Source of the DNA: an uncultured Planctomycetales bacterium
GTDB taxonomy: Bacteria; Planctomycetota; UBA1135
Reading direction: 5' to 3'
DNA: 64,000 nt
Assembly: GCA_964344765.1 (NCBI GenBank)
Contig: CAYFOM010000011.1
Span: forward strand, 42,951-106,950
Shown piece by piece: positions 19,604 through 29,089 of the stretch (the first letter of the stretch is position 1; the number at the start of each line of letters is the position of its first letter). Made by a program: the position numbers and the translations under genes. The notes under the pieces were generated by a model. The model saw nothing but the letters and a program-made list of their open reading frames with translations, did no database searches and was not told the origin of the DNA.

Positions 19604-21265
19604 ATGGAATTCAAAAAACTCATCCTTACGGGCCTGCTTGGCGCCGCATTCGCCTTCAGCGGCAATACGCTGCAGGCACAAGAGAAAAAGAAAGTCATTA
19701 CCTACGGCACGACCAAGCCGGCAAAGGTCAAGGTTAAGGCTCAAGAGCCCGCTGCCAAAGAACATCAAACCAAGTTGTTTGAGAAAGCTGCCAAGCTGAG
19801 CGCCAAAGCCAGCGAATTGGCAGCCGCCGGCAAGCACGAGCAAGCTGCGGAAATGGCGCGCAAAGCTGCCGAGTTGCTGACCAGCAGCTACGCCGAAGCC
19901 AACCAACGTTATGCCGAAGTCCGCGTCAAGGCGGCTGAGAAAGAGGCTGCCAACGCTTACAAGCAAGCGATGAAAGCTCACGAGTACCTGAATCAAGAGC
20001 AGGTGGCTCGCTTGCAAGAGCGGTTGACGAAAATGCAGCCGGACATCGAAATGGCGGTAGTCCCTCAGCTTGCCGAAGTTCTCGAGCAACAGAAGAACAT
20101 CCAGTTAAAGATGATGGATTTCCGCGAGTTGGAAGAGCTTGGCCAACTGAAGGAGCTTCATAACCTTCATGCTTTGAAGGAATTGAAAAACGCCGAGGGC
20201 TTGGAAGCTTTGGCTGCTTTGGGTTACGTCGGTGGTTCCGAGGGTGAGTGCAACGACGGCCGTGACCAAGGCGAATGCGAAGATGTGCAGATCTTCCGCT
20301 ACAAGGCTCGAACCGATGGTGATGGAAGGTTTGCTTTCCCGAGCGGCATCCACAGCAAAGATGGCAACACTTTCTTCTACGAGCATGGCAACCATCAGGG
20401 TCAAGCTCCGGAAGCCTTGTTCTGGCACCAAAAGGGCCATGCACCGCAAACCTTCGAGTGGCACAGTGAGGACGGCGACGTCAAAGGTTCATTCCGCATT
20501 GAGCTGAAGTTGGAAGGCGACGCACCGATGGTGATGCAAGGCCATGCTCCGCACGGATACAAGGGTGCTTTGGCACCAAGCGTTCGCTATTTCGACGCCA
20601 AAGGCAACACGCCTAAGCTTCTTCCCGCTCCTGGTGCCGACGCCGGCGGTCGCTACATCCTTCGTTTGAACGAAGCCGGTGAATGCGAAACCGAATGCGA
20701 AGAAGGCGAATGGGTTGTCGATCTTAGCGAAAACGTCCAGGATTACGTCCAGCTCTACACCGACTCCAAAGACGGTAAGGGCTACATGCAGCTCTACCCC
20801 GGCGGCAAAGACGGCAAAGGCTACAAGCAGTTCTTCCCCGGCACCAAGGACGTAGTCGGTATCGGTGAATACCGCGTGCTTTTGAGCACCGACGCCGAAG
20901 CCGTCTGTGAAACCGAGTGCGAGGTGATCTGCGAGACCGAATGTGAAACCGAGTGCGAAGTTACTTGCGAAGTTGAGTGCGAAGAGCCCTCGCTGTTACC
21001 GGAACCTCGTCCTGAGTACAAAGTTCGCGTCGCACCACGCGGCGAGCGTCGTGGCCTGCCGGGCATTCATGCCGCACCGAAGCCTTCGAAGAAGAGCGAA
21101 GCTCAGGTGTTGATCAATGAGATGCAAGCCGAGCTCGAAGCTCTGCGCAAAGAGATTCAAGAACTGCGCCGCACCATGGGCAACGATCCACTGGTCATGG
21201 AGTACCACAAGCAAGCGAAGGAATACGCCGCTAACCAGGCATTCCCCGTTTCTAGCGAGCGCTAA
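19604..21265 (+). CDS. Secreted coiled-coil protein with Cys/Glu (C-E-x-x)n, GHAP/His-rich and KDGKGY repeats
   Basis: Signal peptide MEFKKLILTGLLGAAFAFSGNTLQA. Motifs: ECETECEEGE; CETECEVICETECETECEVTCEVECEE (Cys every 4th residue, x7); YTDSKDGKGYMQLYPGGKDGKGYKQFFPGTKD; several GHAP/HQG motifs. No family recognised. Confidence 0.6.
   Translation: MEFKKLILTGLLGAAFAFSGNTLQAQEKKKVITYGTTKPAKVKVKAQEPAAKEHQTKLFEKAAKLSAKASELAAAGKHEQAAEMARKAAELLTSSYAEANQRYAEVRVKAAEKEAANAYKQAMKAHEYLNQEQVARLQERLTKMQPDIEMAVVPQLAEVLEQQKNIQLKMMDFRELEELGQLKELHNLHALKELKNAEGLEALAALGYVGGSEGECNDGRDQGECEDVQIFRYKARTDGDGRFAFPSGIHSKDGNTFFYEHGNHQGQAPEALFWHQKGHAPQTFEWHSEDGDVKGSFRIELKLEGDAPMVMQGHAPHGYKGALAPSVRYFDAKGNTPKLLPAPGADAGGRYILRLNEAGECETECEEGEWVVDLSENVQDYVQLYTDSKDGKGYMQLYPGGKDGKGYKQFFPGTKDVVGIGEYRVLLSTDAEAVCETECEVICETECETECEVTCEVECEEPSLLPEPRPEYKVRVAPRGERRGLPGIHAAPKPSKKSEAQVLINEMQAELEALRKEIQELRRTMGNDPLVMEYHKQAKEYAANQAFPVSSER
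20906..20986 (+). repeat. In-frame 12-nt tandem repeat (TGYGARVYNGAR-like) encoding the (C-E-x-x)7 block
   Basis: tgtgaaaccgagtgcgaggtgatctgcgagaccgaatgtgaaaccgagtgcgaagttacttgcgaagttgagtgcgaagag. It is coding, not a CRISPR or satellite. Confidence 0.7.
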
Positions 21266-22157
21266 CCGGTTCGGGCCAAAGCACCAGCTCGGGCTTTAGC
21301 TCGACCCCGCTTTGGTCCTTCACTAGCTGTTGAATGTGAGCCATCGCCTGCCGAACATCGGCGGCGGTGGCTCCTCCCGTATTGACCAAAAAGTTTGCGT
21401 GCAACGGCGACACTTGAATGCCACCACATTGCCAACCTTTGAGTCCGACGGCATCAATTAAGCGTCCGGCACTATCACCATCGGGATTGCGAAACGCGCA
21501 ACCTGCGGTCGACAAAGTCACCGGCTGACTAGCGTTCTTCTTTTTCAAATACGCCTCTTGCTCGGCCTTCACTTCGGCCACCGGCTTTTCTTCCAGCTCC
21601 AGCAACACTTCCAGAACCACGCCTTGGCCAAGATTGCCGTTGCGGTATTGCGGCTGCACTTCATTGGCAGTCTTGGCAACCAACTCACCGCCGGGTTGCC
21701 ACAGCGTGACTTCGCGAACTTGCTGCCAAATCCCCCAGTCGGACGACCCAGCGTTCATCGCCAACGCGCCGCCGACGTGCCCGGGAACGCCGATCAGTTT
21801 TTCCACCCCGCTCAATCCAAGTTCGGTCGCCGCCCGCACCAACTGCGGAAGAGTGACACCCGGCCACAAACGCAAACAGTTGTCTTCGCGGAAGAGGCGC
21901 CGCATATTGCCGGTTTGAATGACCGCCCCAGGTACACCACCATCGGGTGCCAAAACATTGGCACCGGCGCCAAGCATGCGCCACGGCACATCGTCTTGCT
22001 CCAGACGCGTCAGCAAATCGCCGAGGTGCTCAGGCTTCTGCGGCTGAAAGAAAAATTCGGCGGCACCACCAATGCGCAGCGTGGTCCACTCGCTTAGTGG
22101 GACCTGCTGGCGCATCGGGCACAGCTCAGCATAGGCGTCGGGCGAAACGGTCGACAT
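21252..22157 (-). CDS. murB: UDP-N-acetylenolpyruvoylglucosamine reductase
   Basis: PLSEWTTLRIGGAAEFF FAD-binding N-terminus and a C-terminal GCAFRNP...GG(I)QVSPLHANFLVN motif. The start was chosen at the ATG at 22157 (MSTVSP). Alternatives are 22115 and 22229. Confidence 0.85.
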   Translation of the reverse strand: MSTVSPDAYAELCPMRQQVPLSEWTTLRIGGAAEFFFQPQKPEHLGDLLTRLEQDDVPWRMLGAGANVLAPDGGVPGAVIQTGNMRRLFREDNCLRLWPGVTLPQLVRAATELGLSGVEKLIGVPGHVGGALAMNAGSSDWGIWQQVREVTLWQPGGELVAKTANEVQPQYRNGNLGQGVVLEVLLELEEKPVAEVKAEQEAYLKKKNASQPVTLSTAGCAFRNPDGDSAGRLIDAVGLKGWQCGGIQVSPLHANFLVNTGGATAADVRQAMAHIQQLVKDQSGVELKPELVLWPEPVSAR

Positions 22158-23499
22158 TTCCGGCTCCAAGGAAGAGGATGACATCTTCGGACTGCACATT
22201 TTCCCCGAGGAGACGTCGGCCGCGATCAAAATCGGCGACTAGTTTGAGTAAGCGATCGGGGTTGCGCTCGACCAATTCAGGTACCAACTCCTCGACCGAA
22301 GCCTTCAATTGCTGCGGGTCGCGGGCGCGATAGATTTCGAGCAAATACAGCGCGTCGGCGTCGTCGAGGGCTGGCGCAAACTGATCGCGGTAGGCGTGGA
22401 AACGCTGCGCTTGATGGGGCTGGAAGACCACGTGCAACCGACGGTCCGGCCAGCATTCTTTGGCGGCTTGCAGCGTGGCTTGCACCTCGACCGGATGGTG
22501 GGCGTAATCACTGATCACCAAAGCCCCCTGCCATTGGCCGATTTGCTCCAATCGCCGCGCCGCGCCGCGGAACTCGGCCAACGAACTCTGAATCGTCATT
22601 TCATCGAGCTCGAAGTGTCGCAGCACGCCGGCAACCAATGCCGCATTGCGCCGACTGTGGTCACCCGGCAAACCGACGTATTCCTGCGGTCCAAGCTCAA
22701 CGCTGCGCAACCAGTTACCTGGTCCGGCGGCCGACAGATCCGGCGCTTCCGGCCCGGCGAATACCTTGCCCATGGGCGGCACATGGCCAAGAAAATGGCG
22801 GAAAGCTTCTTTGACCTCCGGCAAACCGCCCGGATACGTGTCTGGGTGCTCGGCGTCGACGTTAATCAACGCGACCATCTGCGGGTGTAAATGATGGAAG
22901 GAACGCGCGTATTCACAGCTTTCCAAAACCAGCGGGAGGTCGGCATTGCCCCAATCGGCCGAGCCGTTCAGCTGCGGCACGTCGGCGCCGATTAGGTATC
23001 CCACCGGCACTCCGGCACGCCGCAGCGCCCATGCCAACCATGCAGTGATGGTTGTTTTGCCGTGAGAGCCCGCAACCGCCAACACCGGACGCAGTTTTGA
23101 AATCTCGCCGAGCATTTCGGAGTAAAGCAACGATCGCGAGCCATTCGCTTTGGCCTGTTGAATCGTTACGTCTTTGCCATCAATTGCGGCCGACCGAATG
23201 CACAGTGACACCTTCGGCGGGACTTGCTCCTCGGTCAACGGCTGGAGCCCGGCAGCAACCAACGGATCGTCGGCGGCGAAGGGTTGGCGATCGGCGCCCC
23301 ATACATCCCACCCGGCTTGAAGCAGCAAAGTGGCAAGACCGCGCATGCCGCAACCGCCGGCACCGGCCAAATATGCGGTGGTGCCAAATTCGCCGGCCAA
23401 CTCTTGCAACGCGCCTCCGGCACTGGGTGCGGCCGCAGCGGTTCCCGTGGAGGAAGGTTCGGGTTGGACCGAATCGGGTCGTGCTTGGGGCATAGTCAC
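22126..23499 (-). CDS. murC: UDP-N-acetylmuramate--L-alanine ligase
   Basis: N-terminal GAGGCGMRGLA and Mur-ligase P-loop AVAGSHGKTTITA. Sits between murG and murB. Confidence 0.9.
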   Translation of the reverse strand: MTMPQARPDSVQPEPSSTGTAAAAPSAGGALQELAGEFGTTAYLAGAGGCGMRGLATLLLQAGWDVWGADRQPFAADDPLVAAGLQPLTEEQVPPKVSLCIRSAAIDGKDVTIQQAKANGSRSLLYSEMLGEISKLRPVLAVAGSHGKTTITAWLAWALRRAGVPVGYLIGADVPQLNGSADWGNADLPLVLESCEYARSFHHLHPQMVALINVDAEHPDTYPGGLPEVKEAFRHFLGHVPPMGKVFAGPEAPDLSAAGPGNWLRSVELGPQEYVGLPGDHSRRNAALVAGVLRHFELDEMTIQSSLAEFRGAARRLEQIGQWQGALVISDYAHHPVEVQATLQAAKECWPDRRLHVVFQPHQAQRFHAYRDQFAPALDDADALYLLEIYRARDPQQLKASVEELVPELVERNPDRLLKLVADFDRGRRLLGENVQSEDVILFLGAGNVDRFARRLC

Positions 23500-23502
23500 A
23501 GC

Positions 23503-24540
23503 CTACGGTTTTCCGGCCGCGATTTCTTCCATCAAATCCGCTGCCATGCCGACGCCATCCGGCGGGCAGATTTGGCGTAGGTAGCTTGCCATGCGGCGGC
23601 GTGCAAGTGGATCCGCCACCAAAGCGACGATCCGCTGCTCGGCGGCGCTGTCCAGCGTGTTTTCAATCACCACGCCAGGCTCCAATGCCTGGGCGTTGCG
23701 CTCCTGTTGGCGGTCTTTGTGATACGGATACGGCACAACCACGGCCGGCAGCTGGTTCAACCACAATTCGGCCATCGTCGCCGCCCCACCGCGGCAGAAC
23801 ACAAAATCGGCGGCCGAATAAGCCGCACCCATGTCGCGGCAATGCTCCAACAAACGATGGGTTAATCCGGCGTCCTTGCACGGGCGTTGCAAGTCATCCA
23901 ATTTGCCCGGACCGCAAACGGCAAGCAGCTGAATGCCTTCTACCGCCAACCCCGGGGCCATGCGTGCGATGGATAAGTTCAGATCACGCGCCCCCTGGCT
24001 GCCGCCCAAAACCAACAGCGTGGTGCGGTCGGGCGCTAGGCCGAATTGTGCACAAGCGAGATCGCGTTTTTGTGGTTGCAGATCCCGTCGGCCGATGGGA
24101 CCCACACAGCGACCGCGGCGCAACATGGAAACGGTTTGCGGAAATAGGGTGAAAGTCTTGCGAGCAAACCGATCGAGCAATTTGACGCTTTTGCCAACCA
24201 CAACATTGCTTTCAATGGTCACCATCGGCACCTTGCCGCCAATGGCAAGCGCAGCGGTCGAACCCGCCCCACCTAAAGCCATGACCAAATCCGGCACGAA
24301 CTTACGCGCCTCGCGACGAGCGCGAACCATGGCCCGCATCAGCGCCGCCGGCCGTGGCAATCGACTGTCGTCGATACCAAGCGAATGTGGATCGTCTTCG
24401 TCGCGCAAATAGTTGGCTTCCACCGAGCGCCCGTTGCACAAAAAGCGCGTGACGTGGCCGCGGTTGCGCAACTCTTCGGCCAACCCGATTCCCGGCGTCA
24501 GGTGGCCTCCGGTGCCGCCGCCGACGAAAAGAAAACGCAT
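23503..24540 (-). CDS. murG: UDP-N-acetylglucosamine--LPP GlcNAc transferase
   Basis: MRFLFVGGGTGGHLTPGIGLAEEL signature. The C-terminal GGAATMAEL glycosyltransferase-28 motif is present. Confidence 0.9.
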   Translation of the reverse strand: MRFLFVGGGTGGHLTPGIGLAEELRNRGHVTRFLCNGRSVEANYLRDEDDPHSLGIDDSRLPRPAALMRAMVRARREARKFVPDLVMALGGAGSTAALAIGGKVPMVTIESNVVVGKSVKLLDRFARKTFTLFPQTVSMLRRGRCVGPIGRRDLQPQKRDLACAQFGLAPDRTTLLVLGGSQGARDLNLSIARMAPGLAVEGIQLLAVCGPGKLDDLQRPCKDAGLTHRLLEHCRDMGAAYSAADFVFCRGGAATMAELWLNQLPAVVVPYPYHKDRQQERNAQALEPGVVIENTLDSAAEQRIVALVADPLARRRMASYLRQICPPDGVGMAADLMEEIAAGKP

Positions 24541-24552
24541 CGCTGGGCTTCC

Positions 24553-25422
24553 TTAGTTCACTTGCGGAGGGATGCGGATTTTTTGACCGGCCGCCAAGTC
24601 CTTTGGATCGTTGATCCCGTTGTACTTGAGAATCTTCTTCCAATGTTTCGGCGAACCGTAAAAGCGCAGCGATATGTGGCTGGCGGTTTCGTTTTTGCCG
24701 ACGGTATAAACCGAACCCGGCTTGTCCACAGCGCCGCTCGAAGCAACCGAACCACCAGCTTCGACGGCATCGCCACCGCTGTGATCGCTCGCACTACTTG
24801 CTTGGCCTCCGACTCCATCGCCCGGCAGTTGCAAGCGTTGGCCCAAGCGCACGTGATACGGTTTGGGAATGCCGTTGAGGCTGGCGATTTCGCGCCAACG
24901 GTTGCCGTCGCCCAATTCACGCTTGGCAATGCGGGTCAGGTTGTCGTTTTCCCGAACGCGAATGAAGCGGCCCGGTTTGCGCGGTGGCAAATCGTCGTCG
25001 AGCGGAACCAACGCAGCTGCTTGCCCGCCGGCCGCTACGTCGCCGACGTCTGACGAAGCAATGGGATCGGCTTTGCTTGTGCCACCACTGCTATTCCCAG
25101 AGCTTGCATTCTGCGTCCCTCCGCCGCGCTCGCCGCCGCGATGATCGGCTGCAACCGATTCACTGGCATCGATGTTGCGAGGCTGCACTCCGAGCATCGG
25201 GTTGCGTACCGGCGGACGCACGAAGTCGGCCGGACCGACGAAAAACTGGCGCTGTTCGGGCGGTAAAAACTTCACCCCTTCCAACGTAGCCGGCTCTTGC
25301 GCGGCCAAGCGCGGCGGCACGGTGGCGTCGCTGCCCGGTAATGAGCCGACGTAATGGGCGCCTAGCGCGGTCAGAAGCAATACGGCGAGGGCGATTAGCC
25401 CGCTGCGCTGGACTCGGTCCAT
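24553..25422 (-). CDS. Membrane-anchored protein with two LysM domains, inserted between ftsW and murG
   Basis: Signal anchor LIALAVLLLTALGA. LysM 1 is IRVRENDNLTRIAKRELGDGNRWREIASLNGIPKPYHVRLGQRLQLP. LysM 2 is YTVGKNETASHISLRFYGSPKHWKKILKYNGINDPKDLAAGQKIRIP. Confidence 0.75.
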   Translation of the reverse strand: MDRVQRSGLIALAVLLLTALGAHYVGSLPGSDATVPPRLAAQEPATLEGVKFLPPEQRQFFVGPADFVRPPVRNPMLGVQPRNIDASESVAADHRGGERGGGTQNASSGNSSGGTSKADPIASSDVGDVAAGGQAAALVPLDDDLPPRKPGRFIRVRENDNLTRIAKRELGDGNRWREIASLNGIPKPYHVRLGQRLQLPGDGVGGQASSASDHSGGDAVEAGGSVASSGAVDKPGSVYTVGKNETASHISLRFYGSPKHWKKILKYNGINDPKDLAAGQKIRIPPQVN

Positions 25423-26534
25423 GGGATGAATTCCTCCACGGGAACTTTGGATCTACGTTTATCGAGGCAAGCCCGCACCGCCAAGCCTAGCAGGGCGGAT
25501 AGGGCGAGTACTGAGGTGCCGCCGCGGCTGACGAAGGGCAGCGGCAGACCTTTGGGCGGCATGATGCCGGTGACGACAGCCATGTTCAATGCTGCCTGAA
25601 TGGAAATCATCACTGTTGCTGCGGCGGTGAGAATGGCGCCGTAGCGACGTTCGGCGCGGCGGGCGGCGATGACTCCAAAAACGGTGAAGGCGGCGAACAA
25701 AATCCACAGTGCGCCGGTACCGAACAAGCCCCATTCTTCGGCAATCAGGGCAAAAATGAAGTCGGTGTTCCCCTCAGGAACCCATCCGAATTTCAATTCG
25801 CCTTGGCCGGGGCCGCGGCCGGTCAAACCGCCGGTAGCAAAGGCTTCCAGCGAACGCGAAACTTGAAAATCGGGTTCGGCATTCCAGAAGTTGACCAAGC
25901 GCGACGAAACATGATCGAACATGTACGCGGCGGCGACCAGCAAGCCGGCAACGGCAGGGATGAACACGCGCAAAAAGCGCAGGCTAACGCCGGCAAAAAA
26001 CAGTGTGATGCCGGTGACCATAATGAGGATGATGACCGAGCCAAGGTCGGGCTGCAGCAATACCGGCAACACCAACACGCCAAAGCCGAGCATCAATTTG
26101 GTCAACGCCATCGGCTGCAATAGACGCAACGGGTCGCGAGCTGCCCACGAGGCCAGGATGACGGGCCATAAGCATTGCAACAGAACGGATGGCTGCATCG
26201 TCATCGGCCCTATTTGAACCCAACGTTCTGCGTTGTGGCTGCTGTGGCCGAAGTTGGTGAACAGCATCGCCACCAACACCAAAAAAACCAGAAATAACAT
26301 GCCGGGTGCTGCGTCGCGCATGCGCTCACTAGGCATCGCATACGAAACCAAAAACGCCAGCAATGCCACGATGAGGTGGCCGGCGTGCAGCGATAACGAA
26401 GCCCAGCCGTCACCTGGCTTGGCAGCGGAAACGCCGGCGACCACGCCGATCGCAGCCAACGCCACCACGCACGCCATCATTCCGGCTAAAGCCGGTGCGG
26501 CGCTGGGGCGAGTTGGCTTAGGCGTATCAAACAT
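25395..26534 (-). CDS. ftsW: SEDS-family peptidoglycan glycosyltransferase FtsW/RodA
   Basis: 10-TM protein with PEGNTDFIFALIAEEWGLFG and LPLPFVSRGGTS motifs. dcw position after mraY. Confidence 0.85.
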   Translation of the reverse strand: MFDTPKPTRPSAAPALAGMMACVVALAAIGVVAGVSAAKPGDGWASLSLHAGHLIVALLAFLVSYAMPSERMRDAAPGMLFLVFLVLVAMLFTNFGHSSHNAERWVQIGPMTMQPSVLLQCLWPVILASWAARDPLRLLQPMALTKLMLGFGVLVLPVLLQPDLGSVIILIMVTGITLFFAGVSLRFLRVFIPAVAGLLVAAAYMFDHVSSRLVNFWNAEPDFQVSRSLEAFATGGLTGRGPGQGELKFGWVPEGNTDFIFALIAEEWGLFGTGALWILFAAFTVFGVIAARRAERRYGAILTAAATVMISIQAALNMAVVTGIMPPKGLPLPFVSRGGTSVLALSALLGLAVRACLDKRRSKVPVEEFIPWTESSAAG

Positions 26535-26537
26535 GGT

Positions 26538-27686
26538 CTAACGCAATTTCATGGACAGCAATCCGAGCATGGCACCGATGGCACCGACTAGCCAAAAGCG
26601 CACCACCAGTTGCTGTTCCGGCACGGTGCGTTGAAAGTAATGGTGAATGGGCGCGACCGGCAAAATTCGGCGGCCGGTTCCGGTCAGAATGCGAGTAATT
26701 TTGAAACCGGCGATTTGAACAAAGCTGCTCAATACTTCGATCATGAAGACCAACGCGAGTAGCGGCAGCAACAACTCTTGCTTGGAAACGATGGCAAAGT
26801 AACCGAGTAAAGCGCCCATCGGCAGCGAACCACTGTCGCCCATAAAGATACGCGCCGGGTGAGCGTTGAACCATAAGAAGCCAGTGCTTGCGCCAAGCGC
26901 GGCACCGGCCATGACGCCGACCTCACCGGCACCGGGGATGTGCGGCAAGTGCCAGTATTCGGCAAGTGTCGGCGTGTCGACGGCAATCAAGGCAAACGCA
27001 AGCACCGCATAAGCCGGCAACGCCGAGCCGGCGGCAAGTCCGTCTAAACCGTCGGTTACGTTGACGGCGTGGCTACATGCCAACACAATGAAGGATTCAA
27101 AGGCGACAAAAAGCACAAAGCCATACAAGCCCAAGGTGGACCAATTAGCGAAGAACTCCTTGAACACCGGCATGTAGATGGTGCCAATCTGCGGCCGCCC
27201 CGTTTGCTCGCCCATCATCCACAAAACCGCAGTGGTGTAAATCGCCAACAGCAAACTGGGAATTAATTTGGCCATGCGCGATAAGCCATCGCGTCCGCCT
27301 TCGCGCTTCCATTTGATGTGATCATCCAAGAAGCCAATCACCCCCATTCCGACCAGCAGAATGGCACCGGAGACCACCATTAACTCGGTTGGGTCGGCCC
27401 ACACAAGGGTGGAGAACATGACCGCAGCAACCCAAAACACCCCGCCCATCGTCGGAGTGTGATCTTTGTTGGCAGCGGCGTACATCTTCGATACTTCGGC
27501 GCTATCGGATCGCGCCGAATCCTCGGCCACTCCGGCTTGACGCAATCGCCGAATCATCGGTTTGCCCAACTTGAGCGCCATCGCAAAAGAAAGCGCCGCG
27601 GCGAGGATGGTTCGCACCGATGCGTATTGCAAAGCGTGCAATGGTTGCCAAATGTCTTGCAACCAATCAAACAAATAGGTAATCAC
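26538..27686 (-). CDS. mraY: Phospho-N-acetylmuramoyl-pentapeptide transferase
   Basis: NVTDGLDGLAAG and FMGDSGSLPMGALLG motifs. 382 aa polytopic protein. Confidence 0.9.
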   Translation of the reverse strand: MITYLFDWLQDIWQPLHALQYASVRTILAAALSFAMALKLGKPMIRRLRQAGVAEDSARSDSAEVSKMYAAANKDHTPTMGGVFWVAAVMFSTLVWADPTELMVVSGAILLVGMGVIGFLDDHIKWKREGGRDGLSRMAKLIPSLLLAIYTTAVLWMMGEQTGRPQIGTIYMPVFKEFFANWSTLGLYGFVLFVAFESFIVLACSHAVNVTDGLDGLAAGSALPAYAVLAFALIAVDTPTLAEYWHLPHIPGAGEVGVMAGAALGASTGFLWFNAHPARIFMGDSGSLPMGALLGYFAIVSKQELLLPLLALVFMIEVLSSFVQIAGFKITRILTGTGRRILPVAPIHHYFQRTVPEQQLVVRFWLVGAIGAMLGLLSMKLR

Positions 27687-29089
27687 GCGGCGCCCTCCGG
27701 TTGGCCGTTGGGCACTTCGTTCGCTTGCACGGATTCGACCAAGCTTTCGGCGCGTTGCTTCAGGCTGGGCAGCATGGTTTCCAAACTTTCGGCGCGCGAT
27801 GCTTTCAGCAGAATCAAGTCATCCGCTTGCATTTCCTTTTGCAGCACCGCGGCAGCGGCTGTGGCATCGGCAACGGCGGTGCTGCGCAAGCCGGCTTGCT
27901 GTGCGCTATCGGCAATCCATGCGCCTCCACTGCCGACGCCAATCAACCAATCCAAACGACCGGTCGCAGCTTGTTCACCAACCACACGATGGAAGTGTTC
28001 GGCGGCAGCGCCCATTTCATGCATCGTGCCGAGCACGGCAATGCGACGGCCGTCACCCTTCATTCGCGCGAGCACTTGCAGGGCTGCGGTCACGGCCGCC
28101 GGGCTGGCGTTGTAAGCGTCGTCCAAAACTTGAACGCCGGCGAAGCTATGACGAGACAGGCGTCCGCTCGGGCGCGGCAGCGATTGCAAGCGCTTCTTCA
28201 CCTCGGCAGCTGTCACGCCCAATGTCATAGCAGCTTGGCAAGCGATGGCAATTTGAGTCGCTTCGTGATCGGCCTCCAGTGGCAACTGAACCTCGCCTAC
28301 ACCTGCTAATTGCAGGCTGTAGTCTCCCGGATAGCTGCGCAGCATTTTTTCAACTTCTACGCACTCGGCTCGAGCTCGCCATGAGCTTTGCCGATCTTGC
28401 GCGAGTTGGGCAACTGCTGCCGGCATCCAAACAGCCCCTCGCGGCCGCGTCGCCGCCGCCAGTAAAAGCTTTTCTTCGATGATGGTTTGCAAATCACCCA
28501 TGCCTTCTAAGTGCACCGGAGTCAGCGCGGTAATCCATGACCAATGCGGCTGCGCGATTTGCAGCAAGCGATCCATTTCGCCCGGCGCGTTAATGCCGTA
28601 CTCCAAAACCAACAACCGCGTTTGCAAACCGGCTCCAAGGATGGCAAGCGGCAGTCCGCATTCCGAGTTGTACGACGCCGGCGCCGCGTGAACGCGTTGC
28701 CCTTGCCCGCCTAATAAATGAGCGAGCAAGTCCTTCGCCGTCGTTTTGCCGACGGTACCGGTAATGCCAATTACGGTCGCAGTCAACCGCCCCAAATGAA
28801 AGCGCGCCAAAGCGCCCAATGCCGTCAACGTATCGTTAACGATGATGCATGGCAGCTCGGCCGGTCGATCGCCGCGATCGGGCATGACCAGAGCACCAAC
28901 AGCACCGGCATCGTGCACCTGTTGAAGGTATTGATGTCCATCGGTGCGCGCTCCATCTAAGGCAACAAACAAGTCGCCCGCTTGCACTTGGCGACTATCG
29001 GTCACCACTCGCTTAACTTCGCCGGCGCCGGCGCCGATCAAGTGGCCACCAATGGCGTGAGCAACTCCGGCAAGATCTAACTGCAGCAC
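27683..29089 (-). CDS. murF: UDP-MurNAc-tripeptide--D-Ala-D-Ala ligase
   Basis: Mur ligase P-loop GITGTVGKTTAKD and a C-terminal MHEMG-like motif. 4-nt overlap with mraY. Confidence 0.9.
   Translation of the reverse strand: MLQLDLAGVAHAIGGHLIGAGAGEVKRVVTDSRQVQAGDLFVALDGARTDGHQYLQQVHDAGAVGALVMPDRGDRPAELPCIIVNDTLTALGALARFHLGRLTATVIGITGTVGKTTAKDLLAHLLGGQGQRVHAAPASYNSECGLPLAILGAGLQTRLLVLEYGINAPGEMDRLLQIAQPHWSWITALTPVHLEGMGDLQTIIEEKLLLAAATRPRGAVWMPAAVAQLAQDRQSSWRARAECVEVEKMLRSYPGDYSLQLAGVGEVQLPLEADHEATQIAIACQAAMTLGVTAAEVKKRLQSLPRPSGRLSRHSFAGVQVLDDAYNASPAAVTAALQVLARMKGDGRRIAVLGTMHEMGAAAEHFHRVVGEQAATGRLDWLIGVGSGGAWIADSAQQAGLRSTAVADATAAAAVLQKEMQADDLILLKASRAESLETMLPSLKQRAESLVESVQANEVPNGQPEGAA

Noticed and set aside
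20906-20986. Short tandem DNA repeats that could be mistaken for a CRISPR or minisatellite array
   Set aside because: The 12-nt period is in frame, inside a long ORF with a signal peptide. There are no spacers of unique sequence. It encodes the (C-E-x-x)7 block.
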